In this document: piece after piece, positions 1 to 14,033 of the stretch
How the letters are laid out: the number at the start of each line of letters is the position of its first letter
How positions within the stretch are numbered: the stretch's first letter is position 1
Source: Octopus sinensis
Taxonomy: Eukaryota
DNA: 64,000 bases
NCBI RefSeq assembly: GCF_006345805.1
Contig: NC_043006.1
Location: forward strand, 11,594,001-11,658,000
Direction: 5' to 3'
The notes under the pieces: generated by a model
The model's database searches: none
What the model was told of the DNA's origin: nothing
Seen by the model: only the letters and a program-made list of their open reading frames with translations
Made by a program: the position numbers and the translations under genes

Positions 1-221
1 GTATATACATGTGTATATATATGTGTGTATATATATGTGTATATATATATATGTGTATATATATATGTATATATATATATGTATATATATATATGTGTGT
101 ATGTATATGTGTATGTATATGTGTATATATATGTGTATATATATATGTGTATATATATATGTATATGTATATGTGTGTATATGTGTATATATATATGTGT
201 ATATATATGTGTATATATATG

Positions 222-277
<56 letters not shown>

Positions 278-305
278 CATACACAAACACAGATAGATAG
301 ATAGA
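1..305. repeat. Compound (TA)n/(TG)n/(GATA)n microsatellite
   Basis: Alternating purine-pyrimidine repeats; the overlapping YI/CV-rich ORFs are artefacts. Similar tracts occur at ~480-900, 8730-9020, 10430-10655, 11030-11210, 45370-45540, 49460-50010 and 54230-54570. Confidence 0.98.
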
Positions 306-639
306 TGAGAAATCGCTTTTAACGGTGTAACTTGAAGTAGATATAGCTATAAATAATATGTAAATACTGGGCAAACCACCCCCTTACATGGAAAAAGCCG
401 AAGGCGGTCGATGACATATACAGCAACGCGCGCGCACACACACATATACATATGTAAATGTGTGTATATATATAGCTTAAATGTATGTGTGTATTTATAT
501 ATACAAATGTGTATGTATACATAAACATAAAAACATATACATATATATATGTATATATATACATTTATTCGTATATTTTTCACACACTCATATATAAGTT
601 GCAAATATATATATATATATACTTGCATACCCCGCCACA

Positions 640-695
<56 letters not shown>

Positions 696-1467
696 ATATA
701 AAAATTTATACAAGCATATATGCATACATATATAACCTATATGTATTTATACATATATATATATACATAATTATATATATACTTACATACCCCACGCACA
801 CACATTTATATATATATATTTGTGCGCATGCATACATATGCAAACGTGTGTGTGTGTGTGTAATTTGTATGTGTGCATTATCTATATGGTGTACATATAT
901 GTGTGTATCGATATGACCCTGAATACTAAAGTAAATTCATTTCATGTATCTCTCTTAAAATCTGAATGTTCAATTTATTTGCTTCCATTAGACGGCACTG
1001 ATCCTTTTAAAAGCTGTTGCTTGTGTTAATACTCACCACTTTTATATATACGTAGGAAACGAAGTGATGTGTCACCAATATTCTATTTTAGAAATTGTGA
1101 ACAATAATGGTAATACATTGATTTCTAGGTTTATATGTATCATGTAGTTATATTAATTGGTTACATGACTTATTTGCTATCTAGGCTTCTCTTCTTTGTA
1201 GCAAGACAAACATTATGGAAGCGAAACACCCACATATTAGAAAATATAGACTTGTGACTATTATGTTTGTAGAAAATGAGTATTCTGAAAATAAATGGCT
1301 TTGAATTTTCTGGGAGATGGAGAAATTTGTTGCTTTCTTCGCTAAACTCAGAGATTTCTAGCCTTGTTTATTCCCGTTTCTCGTATTTGACATATGAACT
1401 GGTGAATCAGTCCCTGGCTTACATGGTCGAGAAGCCCTAAGTCCTCTTCGTCAGTCATACAAAGTGA

Positions 1468-1900
1468 GGATCTTTTCGGTTTGAACGGCAGTTTTTTTCT
1501 GGCGGTGTAATATGAAATTGTCACCCATAATTATGACCCTAGTATCGATCTATTGCATTTCAATCTGTTTTAGGGTTAGGGTTAGTTAGGGTTAGGGTTA
1601 GGGGTGGAGGGAAGGATATATTTTTTCTTCAGAAATGTAAATAAACCCAATCTGTTTCTTAAACGAGGGACATATTCATACGGCACAGAATGTTTTCACC
1701 TTCAATAGACGTCATTGATTGGTTGAAATTGCAGAAATTGAAGAAAAAAACAACAAATATCTTACAAACTATAGAATGTTCTCAATAAAGCCAAGAGCTA
1801 AGGATGTTTAATAAACACATTCTACCAGTATACGAAGTTTAAAAGTGTTTAGTTACGTGGAAATTATTTTAAAAAACTGCCGGTCAAATCGAAAAGATCC
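1468..1900. mobile_element. MITE family T1 copy 1 (TIR GGATCTTTTCGGTTTGAACGGCAGTTTTT; internal TTAGGG repeats)
   Basis: ~28-bp terminal inverted repeats; near-identical copies at 16639 and 27364. Confidence 0.85.
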
Positions 1901-2142
1901 CAAATTGATATCTATTATTCTTGTTTAGTCATATGCTGGTCTTGATTGAGCAGATTTATGATTTAAGCCGCTCCCTTTTCCTTCCCTTTACTATGGATTG
2001 GGTGTGAGAACACAATTGGTCGGAAACGTTATATAATTTGATTTAGATGTGGTAGAGTTTACGAAGAATGTGATTTCCAGTTCGCACGCACCATTGGTAT
2101 TTCAGAATGTATTCTCTCGGCTTTGATTGGAGTAGAATAGTT

Positions 2143-2648
2143 AAGGTGGCGAGCTGGCAGAAACGTTAGCACGCTGGGCGATATGCTTAGCGGCATTTCG
2201 TCTGTCATTACGTTCTGAGTTCAAATTTCACCGAGGTCGACTTTGCCTTTCATCCTTTTGGGGTCGATAAATTAAGTACCTATTTATTTACTACCCACCA
2301 GGGGCTAAACACAGAGAAGAGAAACAAGGACAGACAAACGGATTAAGTCGATTACATCGACCCCAGTGCGTAACTGGTACTTATTTAATCGACCCCTAAA
2401 GGATGAAGGGCAAAGTCGACCTCGGCGGAATTTGAACTCAGAACGTTGCGGAATTTGAACTTAGAAATGCCGCTAAACATTTCGCCCGGCTTGCTACCAG
2501 TTTCTGCCAGCTCGCCGCCTTTCATCCTTTTTGAGTCGATAAATTAAGTACCAGTTACGCACTGGGGTCGATGTAATCAACTTAATCCCTTTGTTTGTCC
2601 TTGTTTGTCCTCTCTGTGTTTAGCCTCTTGTGGGCAGTAAAGAAATAA
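2143..2648. mobile_element. Nested, opposite-orientation SINE family B copies (tRNA-derived head GGCGAGCTGGCAGAAACGTTAGC; core GCCTTTCATCCTTTCGGGGTCGATAAATTAAGTACCAG)
   Basis: A + copy is split by a - copy. The core resembles the Meta-type SINE central domain (from memory, unverified). Confidence 0.85.
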
Positions 2649-2649
2649 G

Positions 2650-3420
2650 AATAGCAGAGTTGCGTGTGAAAATCTTACGTCTTGAAATAAAGGCAAATCT
2701 TTGAAAACAGGATATGAGTTGGATTGACTTGAATTAGTGGAGGAAACAAGGCAGTGAGCTGGTACTTTTTTATATGCTCGGAAATATTTCGACGACGGAA
2801 CTTGTTCAGATTCTTGGGGAAACACCTCTAGACATCAACACATTAGTTTTTCTGGGAGACTGGAATGACATCTAAAACGATGAACATTTCATTTCTGGCA
2901 CAGAAAGCAAATAAAGATCAGACTGATGGCCTTTGTCAGTGAGATCTGACAGGAATTATTATAAATGATAATTGGCATGTAAGGTTTAAAAGTAAATAAA
3001 GATAGGAATCGGTTAAGTCTGTTGAGGAACTAATAGTATTCAAGAAGAGGTTTATGGAAAAAAAAAAACGGTCCTAGCTGGCTTTTGAGATGACTTTTAG
3101 CCAGTTCTTCGACGCTAAATGCAAAGGTTATATGTAAGTTCTAAAACAGGAGTGCGTAGAAACTATTCGATGGGAACTGGAGCAGAGCGCAATACGGTCA
3201 AAGTTATGGCCTTAAAGCCACCAGACGGAGGCGGACTGGAATAATTATGTGATCCGAATTAAAGCAGATATGTGTGGGATTTTCAGCAACAGTTCGTCAA
3301 ACTGTTTTTGGAGGCGGTGTGGAAAGAAAGCAGCAAACTTCAAAACCCATTTGATTCTCTTAGAAACAACTCTAAGTACAGGAAGTGAAGAGCTATAAAA
3401 GGCATACGTTTAACAAAGTG
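2650..3420 (+). pseudogene. Possible highly degraded LINE ORF2 (APE endonuclease region) relic
   Basis: LVFLGDWND at 2843-2869 resembles the APE GDFN motif; many stops and frameshifts. Confidence 0.3.
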
Positions 3421-3879
3421 GCACGAAAAGCACATGTTTAGCACGTACTTGATATATCTGAAATCCATCGAATACTCGTTGGCTGCGTGAGAATCAAATC
3501 ACCAACACTATATGGTCTATTCTGCAAACTCTTGTATTTCAACATGCTATACACATTATTGTTTTTCTTGAAGTGTATAGTAACTGTCAGGTATCTAGGA
3601 CCATTCCTGTTTTTATAAGACGGTTGTGGTTGTACTGCCAAAGGAAAAGGCAGGCAAGAAGAACATGGTGAACACTTTTAGAGCTATGAATCTCTTTTAC
3701 ATGTTTCAGTCATTTGACTGAGGCCATGCTGGAGCACCGCCTTTAGTCGAGCAAATGAACCTCAGGACTTATTCTTTGTAGGCCTAGTACTTGTCCTATC
3801 GGTCTCTTTTGCCGAACTGCTAAGTTACAAGGACTTCGTCTTCAGATAACAACTTCTTCCAATAGACGATTCATGTTCT

Positions 3880-4286
3880 TTTACTCTTTTACTTGTTTCA
3901 GTCATTTGACTGCAGCCAAGCTGGAGCACCGTCCTTTAGTCGAGCAAATCGACCCCGGGACTTATTCTTTGGAAGCCTAGTACTTATTCTATCGGCTCTT
4001 TTGCCGAACAGCTAAGTTACGGGGACGTAAACACACCACCATCGGTTGTCAAGCGATGTTGGGGGAACAAGCACAGACACACAAACATATATACACGCAC
4101 ATACATATATACATACATATATACGACAGGCTTCTTTCAGTTTCCGTCTACCAAATCCACTCACAAGGCATTGGTCGGCCTGAGGCTATAGTAGAAGACA
4201 CTTGTCCAAGGTGCTACGCAGTGGGACTGAACCCGGGACCATGTGGTTGGTAAGCAAACTACATACTACGCAGCCACTCCTGCGCT
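3880..4286 (-). mobile_element. SINE family A (head AGGCGCAGGAGTGGCTGTGTGGTAAG...GGTTCAGTCCC), with a partial duplicate at ~3706-3830
   Basis: A/B-box tRNA-like head and internal (TA/CA)n. Further copies at ~31770-31955, 39815-40220, 43730-43960, 61226-61648 and 63195-63585. Confidence 0.9.
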
Positions 4287-5123
4287 TTTTAACTCTGTTA
4301 AAATAATTTGAGAATCATGGTCGAAGTTCGGCTAAGATCTTGAAGTTTGTCTTTGGGTGTTTTGTCGTTTCCAAACAAACCAATGTGATTCCAGAGAAAA
4401 AACCTTACAACTCAACATCCAGCCACTATGATGCACCGTAGAGAAGACCGGCTGTTAACCTAGATCTAGTTCTTGCGTGGCTCGGGTTAATTAAGACTAG
4501 TGTGTCTCACCCATTTTTTCTAATGGACCCTTATGATATCTATTTTACTCTACAGGACCCCTTAGCCATTCGATATTCTAAAACAATCATATCATAGTTT
4601 TATAATTAGATAGTATTAGGAATTATATAAAAATCTTTTTAATATTTTGTTATTTCTAGAAGCATAACCGATTTATTGCAGATAAATTATAAAGAGAAAC
4701 TCTTGTATGGCCACCACCAAGGGCCATATGGACCCCAGATGAGAACCACTGATTTAGACCAATCGAAGCACTTCTACAATTCAGACCATCGGTACCTGAA
4801 ATATGTCAGGTCTTGTCTTCAGAGGTGGAACAATCCTATTTTACAGTGGCATTTGATCAATGGCAGGATACAGGTCCACCTATCGGAATCGTTTAGCATC
4901 ATACACTTGGCCCATGCAGAGAGATTCCTCTAACATCTTATGCAATTTTACATAATTGACCCCCACCACACCACCATATACTTTTTTTAGGAAGTTCCCT
5001 GAGACCCAAAATGCTAGCATTCAGGTAAAGTAAGAATATGTCTCTATCAAAAGACAATGACCTCTCATCGTGTGGAAAATCACGGTAGTTGATGAGACAT
5101 TGTGAAATTGGAAATATATAAAA

Positions 5124-5421
5124 CTAGCAGTATCGCCCGGCGTTGCTCGGGTTTGTAAGGGAAATAACTATAAAGCATTTTTAGAGAGTTAGAGTAAAAA
5201 AATAGCAAAAAAATGCATTAAAAATGGAAAAAAATTATGGTAAATTATTTTTAAAATCGTAGACTCATCGTAGACGCGCGCTAATACCCAGAAGGGCTCG
5301 ATATGAATCACGACTATAAGATACCCGGTTTGGGTTAAACTGCATCGCAAAATGTGGGAGTAGTTAGGAATCTAAATCGTAGGAGACAGACACCACACAA
5401 CCTCACTTTTATATATAAAGA
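5124..5421 (-). mobile_element. Non-autonomous Helitron, copy 1 (1 internal unit)
   Basis: Minus strand starts 5'-TC and ends CCCGAGCAACGCCGGG hairpin-N8-CTAG-3'; inserted between A and T with no TSD. Confidence 0.85.
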
Positions 5422-6120
5422 TAATAAGAGGAGCAGAAATGAACCGAATCAAGGTCAGAGGTTTATAACTCGGCATCTGGAGGCCAAATCCAGGACAACA
5501 GAATTTAGCGGTGCCTTGGAATAAATACAAACACTTGTGTTATTGAATATATAAATACCAGCACACGGAATATTGATGGAACATTGTCATCAAGACCTAT
5601 AATTATTTGAGTAAGAAAAGAAAAAAAATCATGTACAAGATGAAAGGTAGAGTCAACCTCGGCGGAATTTGAACTCAATGTAAAAACGGACGAAATGGTG
5701 CTAAACACTTTACTCGACGTGCTAACGTTTCTTATTTAATCGTACACACACACATACACACAAGAAGTCAGTAGTTAAAGGAGAAAAGGAAAGACCTTTT
5801 CGAACCTGCTTTAAGTAGTCGTTGAAGAAATTGATTAGTCATGAGAATATTAATCAGAGTAAAAACCATTTTAACCTCGATCCTTTCAGTTTTCTTACCA
5901 TGATCGCTGTTGCAACTGAAAACAGCCTGTCATTCGTTACTAAAGCACTTAACTAAAAGATAGAAAGAAAAAAAAAGAAGGCATTGATATGTGGTTCAGA
6001 AGTTCGCTTTGAAATGACGTGGTTTCACGCTCAGTCCCACTGCGCGTCAATTTGTGCAAGTGTCTTCTATTTTAGCCCCTGGCCGTCCTTTGCTTTTCGA
6101 GTAAACCTGATAAATATATT

Positions 6121-6347
6121 TCTTTACTACCCACAAGGGGCTAAATACAGAGGGGACAAACAAGGACAGACAAACGGATTATGTCGATCACAGCGACCCC
6201 AGTGCGCAACTGGTACTTAATTTATCGACTCCGAAAGGATGAAAGGCAAAGTCGTCCTTGGCGGAATTTGAACTCAGAACGTAACGCAGACGAAATACCG
6301 CTAAGCATTTCGCCCGGCGTGCTAACGTTTCTGCCAGTTCGCCGCCT
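6121..6347 (-). mobile_element. SINE family B monomer
   Basis: Full head-core-tail match to the other family B copies (also ~28236-28445, 31278-31520, 43345-43582, 48062-48305). Confidence 0.9.
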
Positions 6348-6432
6348 TCACAAATTATAAAATCTGGTAAATAAAAACTGTGTGAAACACGTCGTGTGTG
6401 CGTGCGTGTGCGTGTGTGTGTGTATGTGTGTG

Positions 6433-6463
<31 letters not shown>

Positions 6464-6733
6464 AAGAGTAAAGTCTCTCTCAGTGATACTAGTACAACTA
6501 GTACAACCGGTCACATGATCGGGGCCGTCGGCGAGTAAACCCCCAACCCTACCAAGTGGTAAGGAGAGTGGTTTTCGTTGCACACCGTGTCGGATGAAAG
6601 GCAAAACCTATCACAGAACGGATGAACTTCGTTGAGTCAAGGGACATCCAGCAGCTGTAAAACCACTGGGTGTGAGGGGATCCTAGATGTTGTTACATAA
6701 TCCTTCTAGAAGAGGGACATTCTAATGTAAAAG

Positions 6734-7069
6734 ACCCCATTCGGCCATGAATGACCATGGGATTGCACCTGGAAAGTTCCCATCCGAAGAAAAAGTCCGG
6801 ACAAGGTTGTTTATGGAAGACCAACAGTTGCCCATGCATACCAGTCTCCCGTCTCCACGCCACTGATATTCTCCAAGGGAAAGGCAAAGGGGCCGATACA
6901 GCTTGGAACCAGTGACGTCGCAACTCATTTCTACAGATGAGTGAACTGGAGCAACGTGAAATAAAATGTCTCGCTCAAAAACACAACACACAGCCTGGTC
7001 CGGGAATCGAACTCACTACCTCATGATTGTGAGCTTGACGCTCTAACCACTAAGTCATATGCCTTCACT
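6734..7069 (-). mobile_element. tRNA-derived SINE (family F) with CORE-like segment
   Basis: Head GTGAAGGCATATGACTTAGTGGTTAGAGCG...GAGTTCGATTCCCGG; imperfect ~18-bp TSD (gggacattctaatgtaaaa / gggcattctgatgtaaaa). Related copy at ~60595-60895. Confidence 0.75.
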
Positions 7070-7284
7070 AGGGCATTCTGATGTAAAACCTGCGGTTTCA
7101 CGTGATTACTGGTCATCTCTCTTCTTCCTCTCAGTAGGTACTAATCTTGGAGGTTCGTGTTGTAATTGTACAACCGTTTATCACCAGGTGGCTCTCAACC
7201 ATTTTCTTTACCTATAGACCCCTTTGTTTCCCATTTTATAGTTATTTGATGTTTAAAAAATCCCATTATATTTTTATAATTAAA

Positions 7285-7683
7285 CTAGCAGTATCGCCCG
7301 GCGTTGCTCGGGCTTGTAAGGGAAATAACTATAAAGCATTTTTGAAAGTTATAGCCAAAAAATAGCAAAAAAAATGCATTAAAAATGGAAAAAAAATGAT
7401 GGTAAATTTTTTTTTTAAATCGTTGACTCATTGTAGACATTTTTAGAGAGTTACTTCCCTTATATAATAGCGAAAAAAATGCATTAAAATGGAAAAAAAT
7501 GATGGTAAATTATTTTAAAAATCGTAGACTCATCGTAGACGCGCGCCAATACCCAGAAGGGCTCGATATGAATCACGACTATAAGATACCCGGTTTTGGT
7601 TAAACTGCACCGCAAAATGTGGGAGTAGTTAGGAATCTAAATCGTAGGAGACAGACACACAACCTTACTTTTATATATAAAGA
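7285..7683 (-). mobile_element. Non-autonomous Helitron, copy 2 (2 internal units), nested in a hAT-type MITE (~7185-7830)
   Basis: Same TC / hairpin-CTAG termini and A|T insertion. Confidence 0.85.
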
Positions 7684-8732
7684 TATTATTAGGAATTAAA
7701 TAAAAAAAATTGATAAAATATTTTTTGTACGGTAGAACTATATGCAGTTTATTGCAGATAGTTTTTAATAAATAAAAATTTTTATATGGACATATAAGGA
7801 TCATATGGCCTCCCCAGTCGCGAACCACTAGTTTATCACTATAAAACAACGGTGTACAAATGTCTCTTTTATGGTGACTTCATTTGTCATTCCACATCTA
7901 CTGAAAGTGCTCTGGTGATGGAAGAATGGTGACGTGTGCTGACTGAACCGGTGTGAAGGTTCGACTTCCTTCGTTTCAAAAACGTTTGAAACTTTGACCT
8001 GAACAATATCAAGACGAAGTTAGGATTTTTGTTTGACATCTATGCTTCGAATAGTGCAGATCTGCAAACAAGACTGAGCAGTCATCCAAGTGGTCATGGA
8101 CGGAAAGTCAGAAATGCCATTAACTATGATGATTCAGAACAAAACGGCATTTGCCTGTGAAGATAGAGCAATCACTCATACACACACACGCATGCGCACC
8201 GGCACAAACACGCATGCACACGCACGCACACGCACGCACACACACACACACACACACAACACACACACACACACACACACAAACATACATCCGTCAAAGA
8301 GCGGAAGAGCTCATGAGTAATCAACGGCCATCCAATAATATGTGTACATGTGTGTGTATGCATATATGTATGCGCAAGGACGTGGAAATACCTGGGTTGG
8401 TGTCCTGTCACGCGGTTGGCCCACTGGGAGTGGGAGGCCCCTCTGTTGCCATTACATCTCTCTAGGAGAGGGAAACTCTGAGAGAAAACTTGCGACAAAG
8501 ACAATATTCACTGATGTAGACTAGGTCTTCTTTTCGAGTTTATGTTGTCCATGTTCAGACAGTGGGATCGGATTTGTGCAAATCCTTTCCCCACCATAAA
8601 AGATCATCATGCACAGGCATCGGTTAAAAAAGAAAGTAAGATCTATGACAAAAATGGCTGGTCGTAAGCCTTCGCATGTGTGGGATTTTCGATCAGGCGA
8701 TGGCAATACTCCACCACGAATTTGCAGCCATT

Positions 8733-8797
<65 letters not shown>

Positions 8798-8872
8798 ATT
8801 CCACGCTGCAATTGTTTTCGTTCCAGCACACGATCTCAGATCAGGTCACTTGCTATGCAAGTACATCTCCGT

Positions 8873-8929
<57 letters not shown>

Positions 8930-9024
8930 CTGTATACACATGCATACAAACATATCTTCATACATGCATGCATACATACATACCCCCACTACCACACATA
9001 GATATACATACGTATATACTTACA

Positions 9025-9896
9025 CAGAGTATGATGGGTAAATTGTCACCATTTCATATTTTAAATTTCGCAATGTGCATTGTTTATTTTTGATTTTGTC
9101 GACTACACAGTATAGTAGGGTCAGTTGGGCACCGTCTGTGAGAAAAACAGCACAATCACACAATTCACTCTGCCAGAAATTTGGAAACAACATGCTGTAC
9201 TGCTTAGAATTCGCGCCCGAAGCTCCAATACGCACATTTCTGAGTGTTTGGGAATCAATCTGAGGACATGTACCAAGAGTGATAAAAATCAAACATCCAG
9301 TCAATATCGTAGTGTTTGGAGTTATCACTAGTGATGGCTACGTTATGTCTCCATTCATCTTTGCATACGGCCTCAGACTCAACATGGAGGCCTACATCAA
9401 GTGCCTGGAGGAGGTAGTGCTGCCCTGGGTCAAGAGGGTGGCTGCTGGAAGACCCTATGTCTGGCAACAAGACCCTGCACCATACCACACAAGTAAGAGA
9501 ACTCAGTCATGGCTGTCAGACAATTTCTGCGACCACATCATCACTAACATCTGACCACCTAACTCCCCAGACTGCAACCACCTTGATCATTATGTGTGAG
9601 GTGCAGTTGAGTGAGAGATAAAAAAAAAACTCCTTGTAACACCAAAGATGAACTGAAGGCAAGGATTATGGCAACATTCACCAACTTAAACAAGGAGACT
9701 GTCCAGAAGAGTTGCAGGAGATTCCGAAGTCGTCTGGAAGCCGCGGCTGGAGTGAAAGGCGATTTTGTTGAATAAATTTACTCTTTAGTTTTTCAAGATA
9801 TTTTTATGTAATTTTCGTAAATATATCTGTTAAAATGAGATATCAGTGTTATTTTCATTTTTGCGTAATTTAGACGACAGTTTATTCACTGCACCC

Positions 9897-9898
<2 letters not shown>
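9025..9898 (+). mobile_element. Internally deleted maT-type (DD37D) Tc1/mariner transposon relic
   Basis: QQD-x37-D spacing (YVWQQDPAPYHTS...PPNSPDCNHLDHY) with in-frame stops; right end reads CAGGGTG on the minus strand. Confidence 0.8.
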
Positions 9899-9930
<32 letters not shown>

Positions 9931-9933
<3 letters not shown>

Positions 9934-10428
9934 GAAGAATTCACGAAAAAAAGACAAAAGACTAAGACAGGTGGTGTAGAAAACAAACAGATGTATTAGT
10001 TTAACGCTCAGGAATTGAAAAAGTCTTTAACGTTTCGACCCTACGCTCTTCCACAGAAAGGAACAGAGAAAGAAACAAGGAGAGAGAAATTTGTTTAGTG
10101 GCTAGCAATCTATCATGGCAAATGCCGGATAGAAGGGTCACACAGGAGAACTAAGAAGTAGGGGAGATAACAAAGTTGTAGTGATCCCAAACTGAAGGTG
10201 TGTGTATATGAGAGTATGTATGTGCGGGAGAATTCACAAAAAAACAACAAAAAAACCCAAAAGACGAAGACAGGTGGTGTAGACAAGAAACAGATGTATT
10301 AGTTTAACGCTCGGGAATTGAAAACGTCTTTTACGTTTCGAGCCTACGCTCTTCTACAGAAAGGAACACAGAAAGAAACAAGGATAGAAAATGAATGTGT
10401 AGTGGCTAGTGATCTATCATGGCGGATA
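9931..10428 (-). mobile_element. Tandem dimer (~300-bp unit) of hammerhead-like element family H5
   Basis: Two copies (9931-10224, 10225-10428) between (GT)n and (CA/TA)n, each with a hammerhead-like motif. Confidence 0.75.
10328..10363 (-). ncRNA. Minimal type I hammerhead-like motif, A6U core variant
   Basis: CUUU-CUGUAGA-A-GAGC-GUAG-GCUC-GAAA-CGUA/AAAG; sister motif at 10025-10060 (CUGUGGA). Confidence 0.5.
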
Positions 10429-10549
10429 CACACACACACACACACACACATATACATACGTATATACATACGTATATACATACATATACACATACATACA
10501 TACATACATATATACATACATACATACATATACACATACATACATACAC

Positions 10550-11990
<1,441 letters not shown>

Positions 11991-11994
11991 GTAC

Positions 11995-12345
11995 CTACAC
12001 CTTAGATCCATCAAGGTGTCTGCAGTGGCTTTTTAAATCAGACCATGTATTGAAAAGACACCCACATAGATTGCATATCCGATTCGGACCACCAAAATCT
12101 GCAGATAATTCTGATCTTTGTGGATCTTAAAATGTCTTTTGAAGCCTCTGTTAGATTTGCAGACCTTACGGCATTGAAATGTGTGTTCAGATATATCGGG
12201 TGAATAGTGGGTGGAGGCTCCTTTTTTTCATGGGTCTGCAAATGAGATATGAGCCTAGCAAAAGAATAGCTTGTTCAGTCACAAACTGTTCACACAAAAA
12301 GGTCACTCAGATTCACCTTCTCGATCACAACATTCTTCTTTAAAC
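11995..12345 (-). mobile_element. Degraded LINE 3' fragment encoding C2H2 zinc-finger remnants (same family as 52245-52610)
   Basis: Shares KRHFKIHKDQN peptide and clear DNA similarity with the + copy at 52.2 kb. Confidence 0.6.
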
Positions 12346-12381
12346 ACAGAGCTAGCTAGCTTTAAACACAGGGCTGGCTAG

Positions 12382-12432
<51 letters not shown>

Positions 12433-12436
<4 letters not shown>

Positions 12437-12607
12437 ACGAATTTAAGTTTATCCAAACAAGAAGCACAAAAAACACAACAACGCGAGGACGTGGAACAAT
12501 AAAGTATTATTGGACACTCAGGAAAGAAGGAGGGTCTAACGTTTCGAGCGGAGCTCTTCGTCGGAAACATAGGAGAAGGAAAGATCCAGAGAAGGGAAGA
12601 CAGAGGG

Positions 12608-12610
<3 letters not shown>
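12433..12610 (-). mobile_element. Hammerhead-like element family H4 inserted in (TA)n
   Basis: Flanked by (TA)n and by A-run/(TA)n; carries the motif at 12534-12568. Confidence 0.65.
12534..12568 (-). ncRNA. Minimal type I hammerhead-like motif, U4C core variant
   Basis: GUUU-CCGACGA-A-GAGC-UCC-GCUC-GAAA-CGUU/AGAC. Confidence 0.55.
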
Positions 12611-12641
<31 letters not shown>

Positions 12642-13441
12642 TATATGCCCTGAAACTAGTATGCAGATGCCTGACCAGCAAGAGGAAGAGGCTGACCTCC
12701 CCTGTTCGAAGGGGTTATAATGGACACAGGTTCGTGTGTCACATAGCTAGCTAGATGGCCTCTTGGAGCTAATCAACGGCAGCATTCGTCCTATATTTCT
12801 GGACTGCCATATTAGCTTGGCGATAACTATTAATATCCAGTACCGCTACCTTAGTCTCCTTTAGAGAGACTTAGAAATATTAATATTTCTCTCTCTCTCT
12901 CTGTATATATATATAGCCGCCAAAAAATAAATAAATAAAATAAATAATCATATTTTAAAAAATCCCTTCATTCAGGGGTCTATCTAAATTTCAAAAGTCG
13001 TGACTTATGCTTCTGCTCGTTTAAGCGCTGATATATCTTAGTAAACTGGTCGATTGCACCGTAAAAATAAACAGTGGCTCTTTCATATAAGATATGCCAC
13101 ACCCAACTTCGAAATATACAAACCCATACACACACTCCACCTTTCTTTGCACCTCTATTCCAACCCGCATTTATCCGTCCCAAATTTTCCTTGCAAGCAA
13201 AATATCCTGTAAATAGAGTGAACTTGTTTTGTTCTAATCTAAGGGACATAACTTTGATGAACTAAATATTCTTTTCCTTGGATTTCATCTGATTTCTTTT
13301 ATGAATTTCTTTCCGATATTTTATAACAATCCTTAGACTCAGAAACACGGGTTCAGGGATCCAGTGACAGGAGCCACGCCGTACTGTTTCTTCCAGCCAT
13401 TTCTTATGATTACCGGAGTTGGTCCTTGACCTCTGATATTG

Positions 13442-13858
13442 CCTATTTCTTTACTACCCACAAGGGGCTAAATACAGAGGGGACAAACAAGGACAGACAA
13501 ACGGATTAAGTCGATTATATCGACCCCAGTACGTACCTGGTACTTATTTAATCGACCCCGAAAGGATGAAAGGCAAAGTCGACCCTAGCGGCATTTGAAC
13601 TCAGAACGTAGCAGCAGACGAAATACCTATTTCTTTACTACCCACAAAGAGCTAAACACAGAGGGGACAAACAAGGACAGACAAAAGGATGAAGTCGATT
13701 ATATCGACCCCAGTACGTAACTGGTACTTATTTAATCGACCCCGAAAGGATGAAAGGCAAAGTCGACCTCGGCGGAATTTGAACTCAGAACGTAGCGACA
13801 GACGAAATGCCGCTAAGCAATTCGCCCGGCCTGCTAACGATTCTGCCAGCTCGCCGCC
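13442..13858 (-). mobile_element. SINE family B dimer within one TSD
   Basis: Junction AAATAGGTAT|TTCGTCTG; TSD ~cctctgatatt(g/a)cctattt. A similar dimer lies at ~21690-22040. Confidence 0.85.
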
Positions 13859-14033
13859 TCTGATATTACCTATTTGGTGGTTTGACTATCATGAGTCTCT
13901 CTTTTATTTTTTTTATCTTTTTCTTCTTGCCATCATTAAAATAATAATGAAAAAAATAATGAAATTATTGCATACAGTGCTCAGGTGCACCACAACTAAA
14001 AATTTAATAGATCACACTTCAAAAATTATATCG

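Noticed and set aside
9-916. Long YI/CV/HT-rich ORFs here and throughout the ORF track
   Set aside because: Translations of dinucleotide microsatellites or SINEs; no protein family signal or splice support.
1405-1456. Minus-strand CTGACGA followed by a possible stem
   Set aside because: GACC stands where GAAA is required, and there is no stem III or stem I.
1571-1605. (TTAGGG)n as an interstitial telomere
   Set aside because: Internal part of MITE T1, present in its other copies.
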